Origin: Lama guanicoe
Lineage: Eukaryota
Assembly: GCA_013239625.1 (NCBI GenBank)
Contig: MU053513.1
Location: 1,910,927 to 1,974,926, forward strand
Length of the DNA: 64,000 nt
Direction: 5' to 3'
The translations under genes and the position numbers were made by a program. Within the stretch, counting starts at the first letter, position 1. Each line of letters starts with the position of its first letter. The notes below the pieces were generated by a model that saw nothing but the letters and a program-made list of their open reading frames with translations, made no database searches and was not told the DNA's origin. This document shows, piece by piece, positions 12,838 through 25,529 of this stretch.

Positions 12838-15800
12838 GTATGTGTAAATATGGTAACCATGAATTCTGCTTTGTTTATTATTCCCCAAGTTTTCAGTATC
12901 TATTCATAATTGTCTATAGCATTTTTATTACAGCTAAAAATAATGCTTTAACTGAAATTTTAGATTTAACACCATGATATTCTCAACTCTTAAAAAAAAA
13001 AACTCCAAAAAAAAGACTTAACATCCAGCTTTATTACTCTCTTCAGTGGCAATATGGTTTTGTAGTTTTGATATTTCACACGTCTCAATTAAAAGAGACA
13101 TGTGAAAACATGGTTTATGATGTTTTTGTTTCTTTAATAAGTGTTATACCATTTGAGTTAATTTATAAAATGGAAGCATCTTTAGTTATCACAGTCCACT
13201 TTGATTTGTAGCTGTAGAGCTTTGTGAAGTGTGTATGCCTTCCAGATAATGTAGAACGACGCTTAGACCTCATCCAAATATGGGAAATCTGGCAGGCTAC
13301 AAACCTGCTTTTGGTTGCTTATATCTAACTTCCAGTTAAAAGTTTTGCTTTAAAAAGTGTGCTTTATGCATCATCTTTCTTTGACTTTTGTGATATACAG
13401 AAGTAGATATTACTGTTAATACTTTGCCAGCTAGTTATGTTGTAATTAGCTTATTAGCAAGAGTTAGTCTGCTACATAAAGCATTTGATGCAGCTTTTTC
13501 TTGATTCTAAATTTTAAGGGGAGACTATATCTTAAAATACTATCTGTGCTCAATCTTTGTGATAAAGTCACTAAAAAATACAGAATTCAGTGTCTAGATT
13601 GATCACAGTTTTGCTTAGATTTTCTTTAAAGTATTCTGGGCAGTAACACAAATGAATTAGAGCTAACTGTGTCTAAATTGTCCTGAAAGGCACTGTTAAC
13701 AAAAGTACTTACCATAAATATCATGATGAGCAACAGTAAAAGACAGACATGTATGTTAGTCACCTTTACGTCTACAGAGTAGGCTTTTGAATTAATACTC
13801 GTAATCGGAGTATATAGGCTGTGTGAAAATCCAGACTTGAGCAACCTTTGTAATGTTTTTGCTCTGACAACTGTCAGATCCTGGTATGTATCAGTTGAAA
13901 ATATTAAATCCTGGTTGTAGAATACCGTAATCCTTTTCCATGCATTATAGGTAGTTCAGAATCAAATATGATAACATGGTGGCCTTTTAGCCTAGGTCTT
14001 TTTTCTGAAAAAAATTTCTTCTGTTTTCTTTATAAATAGCATTTTGATAGGTCACTTTATCTGAGCATTGTACTCCTTTTGTGGAACTGTTAGCATCTTC
14101 ATGTATTTGATATGTTTGAAGTCCAACCTGAGATGGCAAAACAACTCATAAGTGAAGGGTTTTTCAATTTGAGATAAGTTGAGTTCTTATCATTAGTATT
14201 CTCTCTCAGGGTTTAAAAGTAGAGTTGCTTTTCTGTAGGCACTAGGAGGTGGAGTGTATGTCTTGGGGGAGTATCAAAAACTCAGGAAATGTGTTTTTTT
14301 ACAAAATGATAATCTGTTAATTCTATTCTTTGCTTTTTGTTGTTTTTTTTGGCAAAAGAGATGCTCACTTATTAAGACTTAGCTGGTTATTAATGATAGA
14401 AAATATCTTCCCATTAATTCATTATGTTACTTTTTTGGTAAGAGCTCTTCCGATGATTCTGAAAGCTAATGTTCCTGTAAAACAATTGTCTAAAGATAGT
14501 GGTTGTAACATTTGAAGAAGGAGGTCCATACTCCTAAACCTTTGAGAATGAGAGTGATACAGCTTCATGGGTTCCTTAGGGTGTAGAGTCCTTTGGAATT
14601 TGGATGATAGTTGCTTTATTAAGACAGTGTTTTCAAATCAGTGTCTTGTTGAATGACTTTGGGCAAAATAAATAATTTCTCCTTGCTTTTTTGCCTTATT
14701 CCAGATCTTTTGAAAATAGCACCTTTTGACACTTCACTGTTAACTCCCCCCTCTCTCCCCAAAGGAGACACTTAAGAAGTGAGATGGAGGGGGAGCATCT
14801 TGATTAGCATCTTGGTTAGGAAGAGGGTGCTTGTTACAACAGATAAAATCTCTTTCAGTGAAATCCCTGCTTTTATGCTTTTTATCTAGAGCTAAGAGAT
14901 TGTTAGATAAAGTGTCTTGACTCTTTTTACCCAAATTGTCATTGTTAAAAACAGCCTCATGATACCTGTCTAGTGCTTCAATTCTCAAGTAAATTTCTGG
15001 CACTGGAAAATGTTATTAAAAGGCACTTTGGGTAAAGGGGAAAAAAAGACACTTGGGGTAGGTGGATTTTTGTCCTCCTGCACAGACATGTACGCATACC
15101 CCATTAAACATTTTTTGTCTTCCTTATTCTACTCATGCTAGAAAATTGCTCCAGATAGTAATTCCCTTTTGAAACTGGTAATTGGGCATTGCTCAGCCCA
15201 CATGTGAATATCCCCACCGGTAGGGTATCAGTACTTGCTGACAGCTAGTTTAAAAAAATATATTATGAATAGAAAACACTGAGTGTGGCATAATTCTTTG
15301 GAGCCAGGAGGACATAGCTCTTCTTTATTCCGGTTGCAGTTATCTGAATTAACGTTGATTATTTAATCAGCAACCTTCTGTCGTAGCATTCATCCTATAT
15401 TTTATCCATCTTGTTTGCAAGGATATCACATACAGGGTCATCTAATCACATGTGAATGTTTGAAAAGATATTGTATGTACAGTCCTAGACTTAGACCTGA
15501 GTCATGGTAATTAGAATTAGGCCCTAGGCCAGATAAATGAGTCTGCAGATGTTCTGGTACTTACCCTGTTTCCTGTCTAGATGCCATCCCTCTTCTCCAG
15601 CACATAAACCCATAGTGTGCTCTTACATATTTATTTTTCCAGATGGAGAATTCCACCGTGAGCAAGGAGCCAAAGGGTATCTTCTCCTCTGGCACAGTTC
15701 TGTGAATTATTTTACTAGAATATGCCTTCTTAAAGATTAGAGAGTGAGGAATCAAAAGAAATATACTTTATCCCAATACTCATCTTCAAGGTTGATGGAG

Positions 15801-18569
15801 TCTGTTGAAGTGGTAGATAATACCTAATGACTCCCTTTTTGGCCTAAATAGCTGAACTGACTCAGATGATGTGCTTAACTGTGAATTGCCCTTTCTGTTT
15901 GGGAATTGGCCTTTTGCTGATTGTGAATCAAAAGCACTGAAACTGATCTCTTAAGTTTTGAAGTTCTGGCTCTAGGGAGAGAAGGTGTGGAAGATTTTAG
16001 GTCCTGGACCTAATATTAATATTCAGAGCTTTTCCTCCAATTCAGAAGGCAATTACTGGAAAATAACTTTTTTAATGAAAACGTGATTTGGTCTATTGCC
16101 TCTGAATTCTCACTGTACAAGAATATATAAATAAATCTGTATTTGAAGGGCGTTGGGTGGCTTCATATAAGCTTTCATGAACAGATAGAAGGTGAAGAGT
16201 CAGATTTAGGGTTTCTAGATTCTTGAGTTCTTAGAAAAGATTACCTCATTAATAACATTGCTAGTGTTTATACCACTTTGTAAGTTTCTAGATAATGAAA
16301 GTGTAAGAGTAAGATACTTATTGCTCACTGAAGAGTTTTGCTCATGTAGTCTTCAGGTAAGAATGTTACTTTTAAGCCATATTAAGGCACATTATAAGAA
16401 TTGTAGTTTCAAACAGTTCTCTGTTGTACAGTGCTTATGATGAATCACTTGATACTTCATCAATTTCAGAAGCTATGTAGGAAAATCTTTATCAGTTCTT
16501 CTAGATTCACTACTTCCTATACTGTTTGTCAAGGTAATTTCTTTCAAGGGGGCAGAAAACTCCAGGACTAGGGCTGGATTTTACTTGGAAGGAATAGAGT
16601 TGTCATCCTGCCCTGGATAAAACGACTTTACATTTGTACCGTGATTCATAATTTGCAAAGCAGCTTTATCTAGTTTCTCATTTGACACCCACAACAACTG
16701 GGAAATACAGTATAGGTGGCAATGTCTAGTCCCCATTTCCTAACTCAAAATTACATTTCTTAGGTTATTTATTTGAAGTATGATGCGTTATGGCTAGAAA
16801 TGCGATTAGAACTTCTGTCTTCGAATTGATAATGTGAACTACACTTGATTACCTCATCCAGTAAGGATTTATTCCATGGACTTTTGGGGTTTCTAGGTTG
16901 AGAACTCTAATGGAGCAGACCTTGGATACTCAGTTTTCAGAATTCATTACCATAATAAACTTGAGCTCTGTAATTGTAATCATGATTATTTGGTTTTATC
17001 TGTTGAAGAATCAGCATTATAGGTAAGTAACCTGTTCTGCTTATTGAATGAAATACTTCCATGTTCATTGTTTTAAAGGACATTTTCTTAGTGTGTCTGT
17101 GAAGGATAGCTGCCATGTACAAACTGGGGAAATAAAACTACAGCTACACTTTGACATTAAATAGAGGATTTGGATAATTTGCAGAGAAACAGTTCATGGA
17201 GGGTGGTTTTGAATGTGGTTAGGCATGTTACAGTCAGAAGTCACTGGGGAAATCTCATGCTTGGTGCGGCTTCTCAGTTCATGGGAAAAGGCTGTGACGT
17301 ACAAGAGCCAGACTGGCCCCAGGAGTTTGGCACAAAGATTAATGGGAGGAGGAAGGTAACTGTCCTAAGTGTAAAATTTTTGCTTGTAAGTGAGTAAGCT
17401 GCTGACTAATCGAAGTATTCCGTGAAGTCTTTGTTTTTTCCTTTGAGTACCAACACCTTTATTTCAGCTAATGTCAGTGGTTTCTGAAAGTGACTCTGCT
17501 GTCATCCAGGTATATTTGTACTCAAGTATAATTTCGTCTTTTTTCCTTGATTTAGGGTCATCTTTGCCTGACAGAGTTTATGTAGTGATATACTGTTTCT
17601 GGCATCACTGCCAGAATAGGTCTGTTTTTGACTATGTTAAATGATTGGGCCTCTCTGCTTTTTATGCTCTTAAAGTGTGACTTCTTTTCCAAGTTCTGTG
17701 GCTCCTTACAATTTTCTTTTCGTCATTTTTGTTGGCTTTCGTTAGTCACTTTTGTTATCATTGGTACTTTCCTCTAATAACTCAGCCTTCCCTTCTAATT
17801 GACAACTTTTAGTTTTCTTTAAACTTGGAAATCTGAATAACCAAGCTTGTCAGAATTGTCTCATGATTCGTAAGTGACACGTGGAGGAATTTCTTTTTGC
17901 ATGGGTGAATAAGCAGTAGTGCATGGGCTGTTTGTTTTAGTTGTGTTTTCCTGCTTGCTTTGTTTCTGTTTTGGAGGCTGTGTCTTACTTATGTAAGTTA
18001 CCAGGTATCTAAATTCTGCATAAACAACAGTACTTTCTTTGTAGATGGCAGTAAATACTCAGTAGCCATAAAATCCATCTAAAATAATTATTTATTTGAG
18101 ACTAATTGAAGTTTAGCCTTGAGTTACAGAAACTTTATATCTGTAATTTTTATGGTATGCTGAAAATGTTGAATTTTTACATACTAATACGTAGATGATA
18201 CCATATACCCTATTTCTGTGACTTGTGTCATCAGGTGTTCTTTTATGTGTAGTAATAAGTGAGAAGATCTGCCTTGTGACCTTTCTTCTCCCCCTTCCTT
18301 TCTCCTCCTTTCTTCAGTGGAATCTGTTTACCGCCATTTCCTTTGCGTTATGATGAAGAGCTGCTTCGACTTGTCTCTCTAATCTCTGATTTTAACATAG
18401 GAAATCTGTGAAGTGGAGAGAGGAGACTGAGTCATTTGTTCAGGGTTCTCTCAGTAGGCAGAATTCTCTGTAGTGTGTTACAATTTTGTTTTCACATACC
18501 TAGTAATATTCGTATGGTGGGCATTAAAAATATGTCGTTGAGGGTCTGAATTTTGCTTTCTTTCTTTAA

Positions 18570-19190
18570 AAGGATTGAAATTTGTTCTGACAGGCAGTTA
18601 ATTTACTTAATGATAAGCTTGGTCCTAATAAGGCTTATGGTTTTGGTTGTTAGTGGGGGGAGTCCAGAACAGCTGTATTCTGGGCAGTTTAGCCTTACTT
18701 CTATGGCATGGCCTTTCTGGTGTCTCATTTAAAAAGGTCTTCGCTTGGGTTGATTGAATCCTGAATGACTCTAGCTTGTAGGAACAGTGGTAGTTAACAC
18801 CTGGTCCTGTGGAATCTCGTATTTTATACGTGCAGCTTTATGTTCAGCCCGAAACTCAAGATTTCTGTTTTCTGTTTTTCTCCCTTTTGCTGCTTCTTTG
18901 GTGCTCTGTTCCACAAATTCCAGGTGCCTCAGCTTCCTCAAACTGTTTCCTGTCTCTGTGCTCATCTAGACCCGTTCTTGTCCCATAGTACTGACAGCAC
19001 TTCCGTGTAGAAAATGAGTGTGATCACAGGGCTTAGCTCGCTTGTTTGCCCTCTCTTACAGATCACAGTTCTGTGCTGCCTCTTGTCCAATGTCTAACAG
19101 TAGTTGTTTCTGTATTTTCTCCAGTTTCCTAGTTATACATGGCAGGAGGGTATTCAGTGTTAGCAACTCTGCCATGGAAAGAAAAGTCTC
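18570..19190 (-). mobile_element. Old L1 (L1ME-type) 5' region fragment
   Basis: ttgttctgacaggcagttaatttactt ... ttttctccagtttcctagtt...ggcaggaggg; resembles the degenerate block at 1500-1680. Confidence 0.55.
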
Positions 19191-22100
19191 TGTCTGATTT
19201 AATTTTAATCTGCATTAGGTATGTTTTCTTATTATAACACTCACCCACAGCCTGCAGTTTAACCACTTGAAAGTTATTTTCTGTTGATGCTCCTGTGACA
19301 ATGAGGGCAATTTTTAAGTTATACCTTAAAAATCAGTTTAAGCTTTTTTTTTTTCCCTAAGAAGCTTAAGTCAGCGAAATTGGAATAATAACAATTATAA
19401 TTGAAGAGTGAAGGTAAAAGAGACTTGACATTGTCTTAGTTGTGTTGATAAGGTGTTGCTATCGTGGGAGCAGAAGTAAAAATTGGGTTACTGGTTCAGA
19501 TACAGTTCATGAGGATGGGTAAAAGAGAAAAGTGACATACAAGAAGACATGAAACATTGTTTACTAAGTTTGAAATAGTAACCATAAATGATTAAGGGGT
19601 TTTATCTGGGTTTTAGTTAGCTGTTTTCTTAGACCCTTCATATTTTTTTTGCTGGACCAAATTATCCGTATTATATTTTCAGAAAGCCATGATGAATATG
19701 CCCTTTCTGTGACAATCAGTTTAATCCAGTTTGTTGTAAGTGTTTTGTTTTTTTCATTAAACGAAGAGTGTTTTGCAGAAATCTCTCTTCCCTGGTACTA
19801 TAATTTTTATCATTTGTGGAAAGTTGAAGAACTTTGATTCAGCTTTACCTTCTCTTCTGTTATTCTTCCTCTAATTTTAAAATGTATTTTTATAATATTT
19901 TTAGCTAACAGGTCATAAACTTATTTTGCTTTATTTAAACTTTAGTTGGAAGGAAAGGGTCGTGCTAATAGTTTATTGGCAGTGTGGGTAGGAAGTGCGA
20001 TTGAAGAAGATTACAATCAAAACCTAAAGTATCTTCTTAATAAATACTTCAAAACGTATATATGGGTGTGGAGAGTCAGTTTAAATGTAACAAGTATATT
20101 TTAAAGTAGTGTTTTTTTTAAGGCACCAATCATAGCTAGATAATGTTTTTATTTTTAAAATGGTACCTCATGTAATTCTAGAAACTCAATATTTTAAGAA
20201 ATTTTATTTGTAAATTATTTACAGAGGTTGTACTAGATTTGAAGAGTGCTCCAATCTCCTTCATTTACCATTTTTAACTGGTACTGTGGTTAAATGTCTT
20301 TAACTTCTTTGGTTGTCAGTTTTCTCTTCTATAAAGTTGACATGATTTGATTTCTGTAATTCTAATGAATGCTTCATATATGTCTGTCTATCCAATGTCT
20401 GTCTATCCAATATGATTTTGAATTCTCTTTCTCTGCCTTTCTCCTTACTTTTGGCACTGCTCAGGCTTCAATTATTTACTTTCTTATTTTGCATGCTCTC
20501 TCTGAGCACTCTCACTGCTGTGAAACTACCATCTATATACTGATGGATTTCCAAATTTATATCTCCAAGCAGTTTATTCTTGAGCTTCATCCTGTTTACA
20601 AGATATCTCTATCTGCATGTCTCACAGTAAACCCAAGGGAATATGTCTGACTTTGAGCTTAATGTTGCTTCCTCCACACACACTCAGTATTCAGTACCAT
20701 CGTTTTACCCACCTGGTAGTGTCTTTCATTTGCCCAGTCTAGAAAAATGTACTACTATTTTTGTTCAATTACTTCTTCACTGCCACTTTCTTAAATTAAT
20801 GCCGTTGTCTTCTGTTTTCTGATTACTGGAGTAAATGTAGCTGGAGTACAGAACTGGAGTATTGTAGCTAGAGTAAGTGTCTTTAGAATAAAACCTATTC
20901 TTTAAATGAATTTTTGCATGATTTTAAAACATTGTTTTTTATTTTCTGCCTATATTTGTAACAGATTAAACCTTTAGTTCCTGGATTATTATGTTCTTTC
21001 ACTCTAGAATTTCTCATACGCCTAACTGCCTGCTCTAGCACACTCTTACCCCCATTTCTTTGGTTACCTTCCTTCCTCTGTCTGCAAAGTGAGAAGGCGC
21101 TCTCAGTTTAGATATTGTATTCTCTGAGAAATCTTTCCTATCTTCCCGAGACTGATGAATCCTTGTGTACTCTATCATAGCAAACTATAATTTCTTGTAA
21201 GCATGCACCATACACTAAACCTCAAGCTCTTTGAGGGAACCATGTCTTTCTAGTTGGTTATTATATCGTCATTGAAATGTCAAGCCTTATCCTGCTTTGG
21301 AAGTGTCAGAAAAAAATTTAACATGCTTTTCATAGTAGACATTTTAAAATACCATAGGTTTGACTTTAAGATTCTGAGTTTATGGAGTTAATAATAGTGA
21401 TGATTTATCTTTTTTACTTTTTGAAAAATCTAGACCTTAAATTTTCAGAAGAAAAATGGAATAACCTATGTAATCATTCACATAGTTCACTAAACTCAGA
21501 AATTGGGGAGAGATAATGGCAGGGAGTGGGGAGGTAAGAGGGTGTGTCACATGATCAGGGATGGTTGTCTGAACACAGTACCTGGTGGTACAATAATGCT
21601 TTTTACATGGCCATATACAAAAATGTAGCTCAGTTGTTAATACCAGACCCAAAGAGAGGAAGTCATTGTATAATAAAGCAAATTTACAACTTTGGTATGA
21701 TCAGAATGTTTTATATGGCTTCAAATATATTTTTACAATCTAGAGTTTTGCCAATAGGCTTTAGAAACTAGCGTACAGAATGGTAAGAATTTGGTTGGCG
21801 TTGTCTTTATTGAATTGAAGGACTTGAAAGAAAATGTGTGTATTTATATGTGTCTATCCTATTATTTAAAGATTTTCATCAGAGAATATTACTTGGCTTT
21901 CTCTGTGCAAACTTATAACTTTGAGTAAATACTAGAAATAATTAAATATGACATGTTCTGTGCCTTTTAAGTCACTGTGAAATGAGCAGATAGCTTAACA
22001 GAGATGTAGTTTTCTTCTGTTTGAGGTGTGTTGCCTGTTAGAGTATTAGTTTATAACAAGAAATCACTAGCTTGTCTATATTCTATGAAACTTTGATGTA

Positions 22101-22604
22101 TTTGCTATTCCAGAATAGAAGGTGAGCTTTTTTAGATGTTACAGCAGATTGTTTCTTAGAGGGAGTAATCTGAAACTATTGAGTAGGGAAGAATACGTGA
22201 ATCTTGCTCTGCCTGGTGGTCAGGATTTTTTCTAGGGGATTGTGCCACTTTTATACTGACCACAGTACAGTTGCATTCAGCTTCCTGTATTAAGAGGGAA
22301 AACTCAATTTGTTGAATAGATTTAGAAAAACAGGTACTAGGGATAAGTTGAAAATTCTTCTTTTAAGATGTATTACCACAAGAAACCTGGAGTCTTTAGG
22401 GAGGAGAAAAACATTATTTGAATGGCTATAAAAGTGTGGGTTAAAAAGAGTAACACACATTCTTTTAAAAACTCCCTGTGAATACCTTTGTATGGTATTT
22501 AAAAGGTATTCAGTTTGAATACAAAGTATTAAAATTGAGTAACCAGTAAGGAACCTCATTAGAGTATTTAAAACTAGCGAGAGAAATAAAGTCATTGTAG
22601 TCAG

Positions 22605-23180
22605 AGGTTGTTTTAGTAAGAGCTTGTTGGTTACAGGAATCAGAAACCCATTCAAAATACATCCAATGAAAACAGGTTTATTTTAAATACATAGTAAGAC
22701 AGTCTTATGAATATCTAGGGTCGGGAAATAAACTCTAACCAGGCCTTGAGAAATTATAACCTATTAGTATTCAAGGTTATACTCTCTTACCTCTGTTTTT
22801 CTTTGTGCATTGTGGACTGTGGTTTTTCTCTTTTTACGAATGTTTTTTGCACACTCCTTTCTCCCTTAATTTCAGTTTGCAAATGACAGTGACTTCCCAC
22901 TGCTTGCCATGGTACCCACTGTACCTGATCTTTCTTCTGCAGAGCTGCTGCTTCACGTTCTCTAAAGAGAACCTGGCTTATTGACTTCTCTGTAGGTGGA
23001 CTCTCCTGGATTCTCTCCCTGGCAAAATTATCAGTGGTCAGGAGTGGAGTTACCGTGGGGGTAGGTTGGGTGGAGCCAGAGGCAAAGTCAGTTTTGGGTA
23101 ACTTCCAGATACCCAGATAGCAAGGTTATCTCGGGAGGTTGGTGGGCAGTATAGGCTGTCAAAACATGCCCATTATAGAC
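22605..23180. mobile_element. LTR33-like ERVL solo LTR
   Basis: Begins ttggttacaggaatcagaaacccattcaa and ends acatgcccattata, resembling LTR33-family termini; degenerate. Confidence 0.45.
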
Positions 23181-23234
23181 AACGTGGTGTTTTGGGTTCA
23201 GCTGTATTCATTAGTTAAATGTCTATAAAATGGG

Positions 23235-23814
23235 TTATGGGCACTCTCATATATTGCTAGTGGGAATGCAAAATGGTGCCCCCACTGTGGCAATCTGTTT
23301 GGTAGTTTCTTGATAAACTTGATATGATTTAACAATTCTACTTTTAGATATATATTGAAAAGAATTAAAAACAAGTTTTCAAATAAAAAAGCATACATAC
23401 ATAGATGTTCATCAGATGCTCATGATAGTCAAAAGGTGTGTACAACTCAAATGTCCGTAAACTGATGAATAGACTTAAAAAAGAAGTGTTATCAATACAG
23501 TGGAATATTATTCAGCCATGAAAAGGAATGAGGTACTTTTATATGTTACCACATGGATGAATCTTGAAAACATTATGCTAAGTAAAGAAGCCAGACACAG
23601 CAGGTCACATATTGTATGTTCATTTATGTGAAATATCTAGAATAAGCAAATTCATAGAGACAGAAAGCAGATTAATGGTTGCTGGAGGTTGGCAGTTGTG
23701 TACATAACATTGTGAATGTACTAAATGTCACTTAATTGTTTGCTTTAAAATGGTTGAAATAGTGAACTTTTTATTTTGTCAATTTTAACACAGAGAATGC
23801 CAAAAAAAAAAAAA
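23235..23814 (+). mobile_element. Old L1 3' end (ORF2 C-terminus + 3'UTR + poly-A), sense orientation
   Basis: ggaatattattcagccatgaaaaggaatg...cattatgctaagtaaagaagccagacac and terminal A run. Confidence 0.85.
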
Positions 23815-25060
23815 GTATGAGTGAGGTATGTGCATACCAGAGATGCTCTAGATAATCCACTGGGAGATAGGAAGGAAATGCTATTTATATGTATTTTTCC
23901 TCATTCTTAAGAATTTCTTGGGTTCTTTGTATATGTTTATAATGTATATATGTACAGTAAAAAATAATTTATAAGTAAGTATACACAGATTGGAAGCATG
24001 TGCCACAATTTTTATTTTATTTTTTTACCAGTAGAGGTGCTTGATGTAAAAAATATGAAAATCATTATTTTTTAGCAAGGAAAAGCCAGTTATTAATCAG
24101 TAATTTTTTGCTTTGGGAAAGTTTTTTGAGATACTGCTAAGTTCTCTCTTGAGGTCAGGGTTGTAGAATCCCAATAATATATTTAGTGAAACTTTTGGGC
24201 TCAGCTGGTATTTACTTAACAGTGAAAACAACTTGGGTTACTTTTAGCCAAATTGGTGATCTATTATAATTAGACTGATATTTTAAGTAAAGGAATCATG
24301 ATTTCTGCAAGGGTGGGAATAGGAAGCATGCCCACCAATTAATGAAAATTCTTGAAGAGATAAATTGTTAATAAAGTAAAAAGAACTCAGGAGATAATAA
24401 CACATGTAAACTTTAAAAGTCTTTGGGAAGTTTCCATGTTATGGTGATTTCCTTTTTAATATGTGAGTGAAACATATTAGTACATTTGAAGGGGCCTTTG
24501 ACATGCAGGAATCGCATAGTGGTTATATTAGGTAGCTTGTGACTGTGAGGTAGTACTCCTCTGATATGCTCAACTTTATTAAAACAGCAAAAACAAGTAG
24601 GACATCGTTACCCTTACGGATGATATCAGTGCCTCACTGTGCTGGACTCAGCCATCATTGCTCAGAGTGTTCTTGGAAGTCAGCTTTTGGTACAGCTTGC
24701 GTAATATCGTCAGTGGATACTTAATTTTTAGTAGGATTCTTAATCAGGTTTGGTACAGAAATACAAGAGATTTATTCTAACAGTTTGCAGTTGGTGTAAT
24801 GATAATAGTTTCAGAGGCTGTTTTATTCCTCTCAGCTTATAGGTGTAAAAACCTAGACCAGAAAAGATGAGTCATGTTCAAGATTTCACGGAGTTGCCAC
24901 TTGTTCCATGTTTCCTGACTCTTAGGTCAGGTATTTTCTACTTCTGCCTTCTTGATAAAAGTTTAAAATTATTATTATTATTATTTTGGTCTGCATAGTA
25001 GCCCTGAGGGTGTATTAGTCAAATTTCGCTACCCCATTGAAGAAGCTGTTAAGTCTCCTG

Positions 25061-25515
25061 ATTTTTTTGTGTGTGTGTATATTTTTTCATTGAAGTATAG
25101 TCAGTTTACAATGTTGCGTCAATTTCTGGTATACAGCAATATGCCTCAGTCACACATGAACTCACATATATTCGTTTTCATATTCTTTTTTACCATTACT
25201 TACTGTTAAGATACTGAATATAGTTCCCTGTGCTATACAGTATGAACTTGTTGCTTATCTACTTTATATATATTAGTATCTGCAAATCTTGAACTCCCAG
25301 TTGATCTCTTTCCACCCTCTTCCCCCTCTGGTAACCATAAGTTTGTTTTCTATGTCTGTGAGTCTGTTTTTGTTTTGTAAATAAGTTCATTTGTCTCTTT
25401 TATTTTTACATTCCACATATAAGTGATATCATATGGTATTTTTCTTTCTCTTTCTCTTTCCTTCATTTAGAATGACAATCTCCAGGTCCATCCATGTTGC
25501 TGCAAATGGTATTAT
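25061..25515 (-). mobile_element. Young lineage-specific L1 3' fragment
   Basis: ttgaagtatagtcagtttacaatgttg head shared with the 36700 copy; TSD-like tctcct(g)atttttt on both sides. Confidence 0.85.
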
Positions 25516-25529
25516 CTCCTATTTTTTTT

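Noticed and set aside
20381..20878. Short direct repeats (tgtctgtctatccaa x2; ctggagta-like x4) as a CRISPR-like or functional array
   Set aside because: Simple slippage duplications with no unique regular spacers, in a eukaryotic intron
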